Assembly (NCBI GenBank): GCA_964016885.1
Contig: OZ024750.1
Span: 4,154,001 to 4,218,000, forward strand
Source of the DNA: Eledone cirrhosa
Lineage: Eukaryota
Length of the DNA: 64,000 nucleotides
Direction: 5' to 3'
The translations under genes were made by a program, and so were the position numbers. The notes beneath the pieces are model-generated. The model searched no databases, was not told the DNA's origin, and saw only the letters and a list, made by a program, of their open reading frames with translations. Of the stretch, positions 1-12,313 are shown one piece after another. Positions within the stretch are counted from its first letter, which is position 1. Each line of letters opens with the position of its first letter.

Positions 1-107
1 TGGAATAATTGCTGGCCTTGTGCCAAAAGTAGAAACTATTATTATTATTGTTTATATATATATATGTTTCTATGTCTTTTTCTTTTTCTTTTCTTATATA
101 AATAATA

Positions 108-260
108 AAAATCTTTACACGAACAAAACCCACATCGTGCCGTCCTGTGCCGTCCTGTGCCGTCCTGTGCCATCCTGTGCCGTCCTGTGCCGTCCTGTGC
201 CGTCCTGTGCCGCCTGTAATGTTTTTCTTGATGTCAGCTCTTGTGGCCAATAAAGAAATC
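108..260 (+). mobile_element. L1/Tx1-type LINE 3' UTR fragment with expanded 10-bp repeat (gtgccgtcct)n
   Basis: Ends in cttgtggccaataaagaaat like the L1/Tx1 3' ends at 56393-56792 and 61460-61777; aligns to the reverse complement of 61460-61555. Confidence 0.6.
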
Positions 261-391
261 ATTATTATCATTATTACAACTATCATCATAACCACCATAC
301 TAATTATCACTGTCATCATCATCATTCTCACACTTATTATTGGTTATTTTTATTATTATTATTATTATTATTACTACTACTACTAATACCG

Positions 392-609
392 GGGCGATAG
401 ACTGGCAGTATCGGCAGAGCGTCAAACACCATGCTTTGCAGAATAGAGTTATGGCCCTTTGCGTTCTGAGTTCAAATCCCACCGAGGTTAGTTTTGCCTT
501 TCATCGTTACGGGGGTTGATAAAATAAAGTACCAGTCACGCACTGGGGTCGATTTAATCGACTTTCCCCTCTGCTTTAAATTGCTGGCCTTGTGCCTAAA
601 GTAGAAACA
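392..609 (+). mobile_element. tRNA-derived SINE family A (Meta-domain type)
   Basis: A box ggcagtatcggca, B box gagttcaaatccc, core gcctttcatc..ggggt.gataaaataaagtaccag, tail gctggccttgtgcc.aaagtagaaac; more than 10 copies in window. Confidence 0.85.
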
Positions 610-611
610 GA

Positions 612-716
612 TCTGTACAAGCGAGACACAGTCACCTGACCAATCTTGCCTTAAGTGGGGACAAACCCGTCCAACCCATGCTAGCGTGGAAGATGGCCAT
701 TAAATGATGATGATGA
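612..716 (+). mobile_element. 3' part of RTE-tailed SINE (tail type 2)
   Basis: cccgtccaacccatgctagcgtggaagatgg..ttaaa(tga)n, shared with many copies. Confidence 0.7.
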
Positions 717-1533
717 ATACTGGTGTTATTGTGCAGAGATACACAAGAAGCATTGGTAATGTTTGTAATTAATTTGTGAAGTATCCGGTGAAGTTGGTGG
801 TGGAAAAGAAGGGAGGTTCAATCCATCTACTATTCTATAGTATTATCATCTACTATTCTATAGTATTATCATCTACTATTCTATAGTTGTGTATCACCTC
901 CCCCCTCATTAAAATGAATCCACACCACTGCAATGAAGTGTAGCTGTCAAAACCATCTTCTGACAAAAGTGAATATTAAATTGGAACCTTTCTGTGTGTG
1001 TGTGTGTGAATATATACTTATATATATACACACACACCTCACTCTCTCTCTATATATATATAGAAATACATACATATAAACATGTATATATTTATGTGTA
1101 TATATATATATATAGATAGATATGTATATATATATATGCATATATAATTATATATATATGTATCAGTATGAAATAGGTCATACTTTAAAAAAAAGGTGAC
1201 TGGTGGAGAGATTGTAAAGTGAGAATAGAAAATAGTGGCTATGGATGGGTGGGGTGGAGAGAGAGAGAGAGAGAGAGAGAGAAGGTGAAATATGTGGTTT
1301 GGCATGTAAAACCTATAATTGAGCTGTCTAATTTAATCTGTTTGAATAAAAAAAAGGATTGGGTGATTATATATATATACATATATATACGCACTCATAT
1401 GTATGCATATATGTAAATATATGTATATACATATATATGCATATACATATATACACACACACACACTGAACAAGGCAAAATCAACTCACTTTGGGGAAAC
1501 TCTGAGTACCTAGGAAAATATTTATACAGTATA

Positions 1534-1575
<42 letters not shown>

Positions 1576-1577
1576 GA

Positions 1578-1736
1578 ATAGCTTTCACCGTATTTTTGAC
1601 TAAAGGAATTTTAGCCTGATAATGGGGTTTAGAACCCTCAGATAAATGGAAAAAGATGAGTATTGACGTACATGGGAGTCGAACCCACATCTTTGGTTAT
1701 CGCGACCACTGTGCTACCATTACACCAACACATCAC
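1578..1736 (-). mobile_element. tRNA-headed short element (family C), left arm of inverted pair
   Basis: Reverse complement of 1910-2068, 159 bp, one mismatch. Confidence 0.75.
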
Positions 1737-1909
1737 CCTTCCCTGCTATATATATATATATATATATATAGAATATTTGGGTATCACCCTTGCAAGCAGG
1801 GAAAAGCAGACGTAAAATGATGATGATGATGATGATATATATATATATATATATAGTAATAATAAATGCGAAGACTAAAATCCAAAGAGGGCTCGATAAG
1901 GATTATGAT

Positions 1910-2114
1910 GTGATGTGTTGGTGTAATGGTAGCACAGTGGTCGCGATAACCAAAGATGTGGGTTCGACTCCCATGTACGTCAATACTCATCTTTTTCCAT
2001 TTATCCGAGGGTTCTAAACCCCATTATCAGGCTAAAATTCCTTTAGTCAAAAATACGGTGAAAGCTATACTATTTTCTAATTTCAAACCTGCTCACCGTT
2101 TCAAAACATACTTA
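1910..2114 (+). mobile_element. tRNA-headed short element (family C); 1912-1982 folds as a tRNA-Gln-like cloverleaf
   Basis: Acceptor gatgtgt/gtacgtc, D arm gtgt/gcac, T arm gtggg-ttcgact-cccat; anticodon loop cgcgata lacks U33, so SINE head or pseudo-tRNA. Confidence 0.7.
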
Positions 2115-2120
2115 CTTGCC

Positions 2121-2159
<39 letters not shown>

Positions 2160-2380
2160 CAATAGGTATAAATTGAAGTTGTAGCTGCAGTCAAGCAGAT
2201 ACCAATTAAATTGTTTGAGGCAGTCACAAACCACTCAACGGTGCGATAAATATTTGTCCTGAGTAAACACAAAGTTATGAAAGTGTGACACCATGAATAA
2301 AATGACAAAGAGTATGTGTCCATATACACACATATATATACAGACATATTATATATAAATATACATACATATTATATATA

Positions 2381-2570
2381 TATTATAAGAACAGATTAAA
2401 GTTTAAGCAAAGAATCACTGCTTTCACCCTTAACAGGATCTTCTGCATCTTCTTGCTTAAACTTTAATCTGTTCTTATAATAAATATTTGCTCTACGGGT
2501 TTATATGTATATATATATAATCCTTATCGAGCCCTCTTTGGATTTTAGTCTTCGCATTTATTATTACTAT
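2381..2570. mobile_element. Hammerhead-bearing short element family P2, copy with inverted duplication
   Basis: tattataagaacagattaaagtttaagcaa ... ttgcttaaactttaatctgttcttataata; shares tail tccttatcgagccctctttggattttagtcttc with 12851-13005 and 47670-47840. Confidence 0.7.
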
Positions 2571-3449
2571 ATATATATATATATAGCAGGGAAGAGCAGA
2601 CATAAAATGGTGATGAGAGAGAGAGAGCTAACAATTGAGAAAAAGTTCAAAAACGTTTTGGCCCAGTTTATACATTAAGTAAAAAAATATTATACATATT
2701 TGTATATTTTAGCTTGTAAGCCTTTTGATAACACACAACCCAGTTAAAACTTAGATCTGGTTATATGGAACAAAACCACTCATTTTAAAGTCTTTCTATT
2801 TAAATTAAAATTCTCCAACATAATTTTATATAAGAAGCTACTAAATTACTAAATCTGTCAAAATTCTGAACTAAATAATTGAAATAAAGTATATCTTCAT
2901 TAGAAATACAACCACGAAGAGAAGATTATTAATTATTCACTGATTTTATATAAGAACCTTACATTAAGTTATTGTAAAAACCTTACGTTAAGTTACTATC
3001 TTACTTATGAAATAATTAGAAATATGGTAAAGAAAGAAAGAGTAAAAGAGTTGAGCGTTAATGAATAATTTTTGCTTTCTTTAATTTCACTTAATAATTA
3101 ATCCTTTTGATAGTAAGTCATGGGAATCTAATCCTGGTTCTCTGATACAAAACTATTTGAACCCTTTCATGACTGCATTTTTAATAAAATACACTATTTT
3201 AATTAATTAAAGAAGAATTTTGAGGAATTTACTAAAATTATTCATTATTTCATAAGATAGTAACTTAATGTAAGGTCTTTACATTAAATTATGGGTTGGT
3301 AACTAAAGAGTTAAAGTATTTATATTTATCTAAAAATCTTTCATCATAATTCTATGTAAGAACCTTTATGTTATGATCCAAATACCTGCTTAATAATGAA
3401 ATAGCTAGTTACTTTACTAAAACTCTTCAAATTCTTGATTATTTTCAAA

Positions 3450-4390
3450 CATGTGGGCATGCCAAGAAAGTCAGAAAACAGCACAGCTCCCATGACTTTC
3501 GGAAGCATTTTTTCACGGTCAGAGTTGCTGAAGCATGGAACAAACTACCTGCATCAGTTGTTAGCTGTCGAGACACTGCATCCTTTAAAACGTCCATGGA
3601 ACAAACTACCTGCATCAGTTGTTAGCTGTCGAGACACTGCATCCTTTAAAACCTCAATGGAACAAACTACCTGCATCAGTTATTAGCTGTCGAGACACTG
3701 ATCCTTTAAAACCTCCATGGAACAAACTACCTGCATCAGTTATTAGCTGTTGAGACACTGCATCCTTTAAAACCTCCATGGAACAAACTACTTGCATCAG
3801 TTATTAGTTGTTGAGATACTGCATCCTTTAAAACCTCCATGGAACAAACTACCTGCATCAGTTATTAGCTGTCGAGACACTTCATCTTTTAAAACCCCAT
3901 GGAACAAATTACCTGCATCAGTTATTAGTTGTCGAGACACTGCATCCTTTAAAACCTCCATGGAACAAACTACTTGCATCAGTTATTAGTTGTCGAGATA
4001 CTGCATCCTTTAAAACCTCCATGGAACAAACTGCCTGCATCAGTTGTTAGCTGTCGAGACACTGCATCCTTTAAAACGTCCATGGAACAAACTACCTGCA
4101 TCAGTTATTAGCTGTCGAGACACTGCATCCTTTAAAACCTCCATGGAACAAACTACCTGCATCAGTTATTAGTTGTCGAGATACTGCATCCTTTAAAACC
4201 TCCATGCTTCCTGAGATTCGCCAACACTACACCTAATATTCCCCCTCGATACACACGCACACATGTATATCATGACTCATACACTATTCACTTCCCTGAC
4301 ATTTGTACATTATTCTATGTACTATACATGCACCTTTGATGAGTTGTAGTGCACCTGAGCACTGTACACAATTTCATTATTATTATTATT
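3450..4390 (+). mobile_element. CR1-clade LINE 3' end with 61-bp internal unit amplified 11x
   Basis: Translates GHAKKVRKQHSSHDFRKHFFTVRVAEAWNKLPASVVSCRDTASFKTSM (CR1 ORF2 C-terminal motif); tandem 3534-4206; 3' UTR and (tta)n tail. Confidence 0.85.
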
Positions 4391-4400
4391 TAAAATTATT

Positions 4401-4517
4401 CTGAGTTCAAATCCCGCCGAGGTTAACTTTGCCTTTCATCCTTACGGGGTCGATAAAATAAAGTACCAGTAATGTACTGGGTAATTGTTGGCCTTGTGCC
4501 TAAAGTAGAAACAATTA
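4401..4517 (+). mobile_element. 5'-truncated SINE A
   Basis: B box onward; flanking duplication ttatttaaaattatt (4386-4400, 4518-4532). Confidence 0.8.
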
Positions 4518-5087
4518 TTATTTAAAATTATTTTAAAATCACAGGCAGTGTTTTATTTTTTTAATTAGAAATATGTTAACGAAACGGTTAATGTAATTTA
4601 GAATTACCAACAATTAGTAACCTAACTCCACATCCATGGAGCCCTAAACAAGGGATAAAAATAATAATACTCCATGTCTTGAATTACACCAATAAATCTA
4701 TAATAGATTTTCTCCAAAATATTTTCGTAAATTTACACCAGTTATATTTTAAAAGAAATCTCTTTCATAAAGCTAGGCTTACTTATCTTGCCCTATTTTG
4801 TTTAAATTGGATAAGGACCCTCCCTTCTTCAGATGTGTGTGTGTGTGTGTGTGGTATAAGGACCCTCCCTTCAGATGTGTGTGTGTGTGTGTGTGTGGTA
4901 TAAGGACCCTCCCTTCAGATGTGTGTGCGGTAGGTATATGCTATCAAAGTTTACGTTGTTGTCAATTCAAACAGTTGACATTATCTCTTCTCTTTGTTTT
5001 TCCTCTACACCATATTCAACTTACTTAATTCCCAATCGTAACAGCAAGAAGTGGGAGGTACACTGTTTAATAATAATAATAATAATA

Positions 5088-5305
5088 ATTGTTTCTACTT
5101 TTAGCACAGGCTAGCAATTTTGGGGGAGGGGAAAGTCGATTAAATCGACCCCAGTGTGTGACTGGTACTTTATTTTATTGACCCCGTAAGGATGAAAGGC
5201 AAAGTTAACCTCAGCGGGATTTGAACTCAGACCATAAAGGGCCGTAACTCTTTGCTGCAAAGCATGGCGTCCGACCCTCTACAGATACTGCCAATACACC
5301 ACCCT
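5088..5305 (-). mobile_element. SINE A
   Basis: Reverse complement of family A consensus. Confidence 0.85.
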
Positions 5306-5635
5306 TGATAATATATATAGTATATATAATAGTATATATAATGTAAATGCTAAAGGGTTAATAGAACCAGAGGTATCTTTAGTCGGTTTAGTATCAAAAG
5401 GGTTAAAATATTTGATATAAATACTTCCAGTTAGTAATTATCAAGAAATGTGAGATGGAGGATTTGATGAAGGGATGGTAAACCTTCAGACTACAGATTA
5501 GCTTCCAGTTATTTCTAGGTTCAGTGACCCACTGCTTCATGACTGAACAGTTCTTATCTTCTCAGGTGCCAGCAGAGTGCACTAAAATAAGTTGGTATGT
5601 ATATGTGTGTGTGTGTGTGTACATATATATATGAG

Positions 5636-5667
<32 letters not shown>

Positions 5668-5721
5668 CATATATTTCTGTGTATTATATATATGTGTGTG
5701 TATATATAATTATGTGTGTAT

Positions 5722-6030
5722 CTGAAGTATATAGACAATATGCCCCCCCCCCCCCCCCACCGCAAGGTGGTCGTGGAGGTGCCACGGCAAAAAAGCACCC
5801 AGCCCACACTGTAAAGTGGACGTGTAGGCGCCACGAAAAAGCACCCAGCACTCACTGTAAATGAGGTTGGTATTAGGAAGGGCATCCAGCTGTAGAAATC
5901 AAGCCAAATCAGTTCCTGTATGAGCAAGGCATGGTCAGCTGACCAGACACTGCCCACAACAGGACAACCCGTCTAACCCATGCTAGCGTGGAAGAACGGA
6001 CGTAAAACGGTGATGATGATGATGATGATG
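5722..6030 (+). mobile_element. RTE-tailed SINE body (tail type 2)
   Basis: aaaaagcacccag..cactgtaaagtgg repeats, ttaggaagggcatccagctgtagaaa motif, aacccatgctagcgtggaa..(tga)n tail; near-identical inverted copy at 45983-46300. Confidence 0.75.
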
Positions 6031-6123
6031 ATATATATATATATATATATATACACACAATATGACAATATGTGTATATATATATATATAATGTGTGTAT
6101 ATATATATATATATATGTGTGTG

Positions 6124-6154
<31 letters not shown>

Positions 6155-6234
6155 GTGTATATATATGTATATATACACATAGTTCACAGATACAAGCCCA
6201 CACACATTTATGTATTCACTCAAAAATTTGCATG

Positions 6235-6390
6235 TAGACCAAGGAAGACCTGGGCAGAGGTGGTGAGAACTGATAAAAAAAAATCACTGAAGAGGAAATG
6301 ATGAAGGAATGTGGTAAGTAAGGGAGAGATGCTATTCTTGGAAAGGTCTTATCCAACCCATGGAGGCATCGAAAAACGGATGTTTCAAAA
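6235..6390 (+). mobile_element. Degenerate RTE LINE 3' fragment
   Basis: [13 protein letters not shown] then decayed tail; matches 48220-48380. Confidence 0.65.
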
Positions 6391-6474
6391 TATTGATCTG
6401 TAACATTAGCCACAAGTCCACAAAATCTTGGAACAGGTACTTTATAATGTTGATATATATATATATCTATATAT

Positions 6475-6814
6475 GGAGGCACATGGCTTAGTGGTTAGAG
6501 CATTGGCCTTGCAATCAAAAGGTTGTGAGTTCAATTCTCAGACCGGGTGATGTGTTGTTTCCTTGAGCAAGGCACTTTATTTCACATTGCTCCAGTTTAC
6601 TCAGCTGTAGAAATGAGATGATAGGGACTGGGGTCCCTATCATTCCACTGTAAAGTGGTCGTGGAGGTGCCACGGCAAAAAAGCACCCAGCACTCACTGT
6701 AAATGAGGTTGGTGTTAGGAAGGGCATCCAGCTGTAGAAATCAAGCCAGAATCAGTTCCCGTCCCACCCTTGCAAGCAGGGAAAAGTGGACGTAAAATGA
6801 GATGATGATGATGA
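6475..6814 (+). mobile_element. Full-length tRNA-CORE SINE family B with RTE tail type 1
   Basis: A box tggcttagtgg, B box gagttcaattc, CORE-like ccttgagcaag.cactt, tail cccgtcccacccttgcaagcagggaaaag.ggacgtaaaa(tga)n. Confidence 0.85.
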
Positions 6815-6823
6815 TATATATAT

Positions 6824-7015
6824 ATAGTTATGTAATAAACAACATAAGGCAATTATTTCATTTACCTGTGGTTTCTTAAAAGCAAAAAAATGCTTTTAAG
6901 AAACCACTGGTAAATGAAATAATTGCCTTATGTTGTTTATTACATAACTATTAAGCTCTGTTACCTACATAGAGCACTCTTTTTTCCTGGACTTTTCCGA
7001 CGGAATTACTTCATT

Positions 7016-7020
<5 letters not shown>
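6824..7020 (+). mobile_element. Foldback short element family P7 in a (TA)n tract
   Basis: About 60-bp inverted arms 6824-6884/6891-6951; second copy at 56815-56935 has a shorter inversion. Confidence 0.65.
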
Positions 7021-7067
<47 letters not shown>

Positions 7068-7650
7068 AACAATATAAAGAAGATTTGCTTCGAAGTCACT
7101 AGACATATCTGAGGAACTTGCGAGTCAGGTTTGATTCACAAACAGATCGCACCTCGATTGTAATATGAAATAAACTATGTTCCGATGCATCACTGATTCT
7201 TTGTTTTCCATATTATTATACTCTGCTCTGAAGGAGCATAGAGTGCTCAACTGGCAACCACATATGGACGCATGCAAGCAACCTGACTACAAATATATAT
7301 ATATATATATACACATACATACACACACATATATATATATATACAATTATGAAATATAAGTCAACAGGTTATAATTCACTTCGTTTATTCATAATCGTAT
7401 GCTTTACCCTGCATACTAAAATGTTGATGATAAACTAACACATATTCTAATTAATCACCATTATCCTCATCATCACATTCCATGTTAGCATGGGTTAGAC
7501 GAAATATATATAGGAAAAGAGTCGGGACCATGACGGAAGAGCTCCGGTCATTTCAACAGCTAGATCAGAACTAAGCCACCAGTATTAGAACAGTGAACTT
7601 ATCAAGAGGTACAGTCCATATATGGGCTTGCAGTCAAAACAAAAAAAATG

Positions 7651-7704
<54 letters not shown>

Positions 7705-7730
7705 CATAATAAATAACACAATATAATTAT

Positions 7731-7798
7731 TCCATAAACAAAGGTTTCAAGAAACTAGACGATCCTTACAGAAACGTTCAGCCCATTCATCAGATGAA
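7731..7798 (-). ncRNA. Degenerate type I hammerhead-like motif
   Basis: ttcat-CTGATGA-long imperfect stem II-GAAAC-cttt-GTT-t-atgga; one extra base after the cleavage triplet. Confidence 0.35.
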
Positions 7799-8093
7799 AT
7801 ATAAATATATATATTTATGCTAATGTACATTATGCTAATGTATATTTATGCTAATGTCTATTATGCTAATGTATATTTATGCTAATGTATATTATCCTAA
7901 TGTAAAATACATATTCTATAAACATTCATATTTCTGAATGAAATCAGAATGTTACCAGATATGTATCATGGATAGTTTTTTTTTCTCTACATTAATTTAA
8001 TTAAGATTCTTTAGCTTAAAAAATTAATATCGGAAACACTTTTATATATTTTTGTTATTCATTAAGGGACATTAAAAATTGTTTTATATATAT

Positions 8094-8434
8094 GGAGGCA
8101 CATAGCTTAGTGGTTAGAGCATTGGCCTTGCAATTGAAAGGTTGTGAGTTCAATTCTCAGACCGGGTGATGTGTTGTTTCCTTGAGCAAGACACTTTATT
8201 TCACATTGCTCCAGTTTACTCAGCTGTAGAAATGAGATGATAGGGACTGAGGTCCTTATCATTCCACTGTAAAGTGGTCGTGGAGGTGCCACGGCAAAAA
8301 AAGCACCCAGCACTCACTGTAAATGAGGTTGGTGTTAGGAAGGGCATCCAGCTGTAGAAATCAAGCCAGAATCAGTTCCCGTCCCACCCTTGCAAGCAGG
8401 GAAAAAGCGGACGTAAAATGAAATGAATGAAATG
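8094..8434 (+). mobile_element. Full-length SINE B
   Basis: Nearly identical to 6475-6814. Confidence 0.85.
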
Positions 8435-8929
8435 ATATATATATATATATATATATTAGTAATAATAAATGTGAAGACTAAAATTCGAAGAGGGCTCGAT
8501 AAGGATAAATATATATAAGGACCGTAACAAGTAGAGATTTGCAAGCAGAGAAAAGTGGACGTATGATGATGATGATATATATACATATAAATATACACAT
8601 ATATATATACATATATACATATAAATATACATATATAAATATACACACATAAATATATACATATATACATGTAAATATACATACACACTCACACAGTTTA
8701 ACACTGTAAAAATGTTAATTTCATAGGTTGGTGTGAAATAGGATGACATATATGGCTGAAGTTTAGAGAATTAGAAAAATTAAAGATTAGTTCTCACAGT
8801 GTGAATTTAATACAAGAATTAATGCATAAATAGAAATACATGTGCTTACGTAAGAATTTCTATGAACTAATTAATCACTGCTTAAAATCCATTTCCCCCA
8901 TGCTGGCATAGGCTAATCAGATGTTATTT

Positions 8930-9280
8930 GACATTGCACGTTGCTCCAGTTTACTCAGCTGCAAAAATGAGCTGCAATGTCACAAGGCAAAAAGCACCCA
9001 GCCCGCACTGTAATGTGGACATGTAGGTGTCACAAAAAAAGCACCCAGGACACACTGTAAAGTGGTCACGAAAGAGTCACGACAAAAAGCACCACACCCA
9101 TATTGTAAATGTGATTGGTATTAGGAAGGGCATCCAGACGTAGAAACCACGCCAGAAACAGTTCTTTGTGAGCAAGACAAGGTCATCTGATCCAACTTGC
9201 CTCAAATAGGACAACCTGTTTAACCTCTGCTAGCATGGAAAAATGGACATTAAACGGTGATGATGATGATGATGATGATG
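8930..9280 (+). mobile_element. Older CORE-SINE 3' half with RTE tail type 2
   Basis: ttgctccagtttactcagctg, three aaaaagcacc repeats, ggaagggcatccag, (gat)n tail. Confidence 0.7.
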
Positions 9281-9688
9281 ACACCTATATGATGTACTTA
9301 TTTTTTATATGACCTAGCTAATTTTCCATCTATCAGACACACTGTATTTAGGACCCCATCCAAAGTATTCTTCCTTTTGTTTCATTTTTTGTTTGTAGAT
9401 GGCAAAGTATGATTTGGCTGTTATTTTTAGCAGGTTGAACTACCGTGTAAAAGTTTCCCCAATGGCTTACCAAGAAGTTATTATCACCATATGCTATATA
9501 CAACGGAAGAATATCCCTGGTGTAAGTCCAGGAGTACAATAGACACATTGAATAAGAAGATAAAATAAACCACACTTGTGGAACTTTTCAATAAAAACAT
9601 TCACTTGGTGCAAAGACAACAGAGAGGAAATTTTTATGGGAGGCAAAGCACACATACATACACACACACATATATATATATATATATA

Positions 9689-9766
9689 CAGGGTGTCCCC
9701 AAAAATGTAAACACACTTTTATTAAAATGCTGTTTACATGTGCATAGGTTTTTTTGGGACACCCCA
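9689..9766. mobile_element. Tc1/mariner-type MITE (about 78 bp)
   Basis: TIR cagggtgtccc / gggacacccc, TA-flanked; second copy 11865-11942. Confidence 0.7.
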
Positions 9767-9996
9767 TATATATATATATATATGTATATATATTATATTT
9801 ATATATATATATATATATTATATTTATATATATATATGTATATATATTATATTTATATATATATATGTATATATATTATATTTATATATATATATATTAT
9901 ATTTATATATATATATGTATATATATTATATTTATATATATATATATTATATTTATATATATATATGTATATATATATAAATATAATATATATATT

Positions 9997-10028
<32 letters not shown>

Positions 10029-10251
10029 AATATAATATATATATTTATATATATATATGTATATATATATATGTATATATATATATGTATATATATATAT
10101 GTATATATATATATGTATATATATATATGTATATATATATATGTATATATATATATGTATATATATATATGTATATATATATATGTATATATATATATTT
10201 ATATATATATATGTATATATATATATTTATATATATATTTATATATATATT

Positions 10252-10284
<33 letters not shown>

Positions 10285-10317
10285 GTATATATATATATTT
10301 ATATATATATTTATATT

Positions 10318-10350
<33 letters not shown>

Positions 10351-10808
10351 TTATATATATATTTATATTTATATATATATATTTATATATATATTTATAT
10401 TTATATAATTAAGTTAAAAATATTTTTTTTATATTTATATATATATATATTTATATATATATATATATCATCATTTTCATCATCATTTTACGTCCACTTT
10501 TCCCTGCTTGCAAGGGTGGGACGGGAACTGATTCTGGCTTGATTTCTACAGCTGGATGCCCTTCCTAACACCAACCTCATTTACAGTGAGTGCTGGGTGC
10601 TTTTTTGCCGTGGCACCTCCACGACCACTTTGCAGTGGAATCATAGGGACCCCTGTCCCTATCATCTCATTTCTACAGCTGAGTAAACTGGAGCAATGTG
10701 AAATAAAGTGTCTTGCTCAAGGAAACAACACATCACCCAGTCTGAGAATTGAACTCACAACCTTTCGATTGCAAGGCCAATGCTCTAACCACTAAGCCAT
10801 GTGCCTCC

Positions 10809-10841
<33 letters not shown>

Positions 10842-10891
10842 TATATATATATATTTATATATATGTATATAAATATATATATATTTATATT

Positions 10892-10922
<31 letters not shown>

Positions 10923-11160
10923 TTATATATATATATGTATATATATATATTTATATATATATATGTATATATATGTATATATATATGTATATATATATAT
11001 TTATATATATATATGTATATATATATATTTATATATATATATGTATATATATATATTTATATATATATATGTATATATATGTATATATATATGTATATAT
11101 ATATATTTATATATATATATATTTATATATATATATATTTATATATATATATATATATAA

Positions 11161-11191
<31 letters not shown>

Positions 11192-11252
11192 AATATATAT
11201 ATAAATATATATATATATACATAAATATATATATATACATATATATATATAA

Positions 11253-11283
<31 letters not shown>

Positions 11284-11447
11284 AATATATATATATACGA
11301 GTAGGACCCCCGACGGCTGAGCTCAAGCCGTTTCGACGGCTAATTCTGGATATATATATATATATATATATACGTATATATATATACGTATATATATATA
11401 TATATATATATATATACGTATATATATATATATATATATATATATAC

Positions 11448-11487
<40 letters not shown>

Positions 11488-11488
11488 G

Positions 11489-11557
<69 letters not shown>

Positions 11558-11603
11558 GTATATATATATATATATATATATATACGTATATATATATATA
11601 TAC

Positions 11604-11673
<70 letters not shown>

Positions 11674-11862
11674 GTATATATATATATATATATATACGTA
11701 TATATATATATATATATATACGTATATATATATACGTATATATACATATATATACATACGTACATATATATATATACGTATATATATATATATATGTACG
11801 TATATATATATGTATATATACGTATATATATATATGTACGTATATATATATATATATATATA
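9767..11862. repeat. Very long compound (TA)n microsatellite, interrupted by SINE B and a 50-bp insert
   Basis: Direct reading; domains punctuated by tt, gt, aa or cg. Confidence 0.95.
10468..10808 (-). mobile_element. Full-length SINE B
   Basis: Reverse complement of 6475-6814. Confidence 0.85.
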
Positions 11863-11864
11863 TA

Positions 11865-11942
11865 CAGGGTATCCCAAAAAAGGTAGAAACACTTTTATTA
11901 AAATGGTGTTGAAATGTGCATACATTTTTTTGGGACACCCTG
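11865..11942. mobile_element. Tc1/mariner-type MITE
   Basis: ta-cagggtatcccaaaaaa ... ttttttgggacaccctg-ta. Confidence 0.75.
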
Positions 11943-11995
<53 letters not shown>

Positions 11996-12313
11996 GATGG
12001 ACTATTGTGAAGATCAGCTGTCCAGCAGATGTGGCTAAGCTTGTTGATTGTTAGAGAGAAAATTGATATGTAGAAAGTTATACAGGACCCAGTGATTACA
12101 GAATTTCATTGATATCTAAGTCAATAGTGGAAGACTTTGTATGAAAATATTGACATAGTAACTCAGAAAGGTTGGCTTTTGTGGCGAGAAAAAGAACAAA
12201 AAAGAAGCTGATTCACATTCTGCTGATCCATATCAATCTGTGATTTAAATATTCTCTATAAGAACACTTATACAATTATGTATGTGTGTGTATATATATA
12301 TATATATATATAA

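Noticed and set aside
1912-1982. Functional tRNA gene
   Set aside because: Anticodon loop lacks U33 and purine 37, several G.U pairs in the acceptor, no Pol III terminator directly after; treated as a SINE head
5566-5594. 29-nt candidate exon (ttctcag / gtatgt)
   Set aside because: Donor runs into a GT/TA microsatellite; too short to support
6515-6727. Recurrent ORF MPFLTPTSFTVSAGCFFAV... in five places
   Set aside because: Antisense translation of SINE B, not a gene family
9471-9516. Minus-strand candidate exon DILPLYIAYGDNNFL with GTAAGC donor
   Set aside because: Modest acceptor, no recognisable homology, no partner exons
9578-11991. Long Y/I-rich ORFs (up to 288 aa)
   Set aside because: Translations of (TA)n microsatellite
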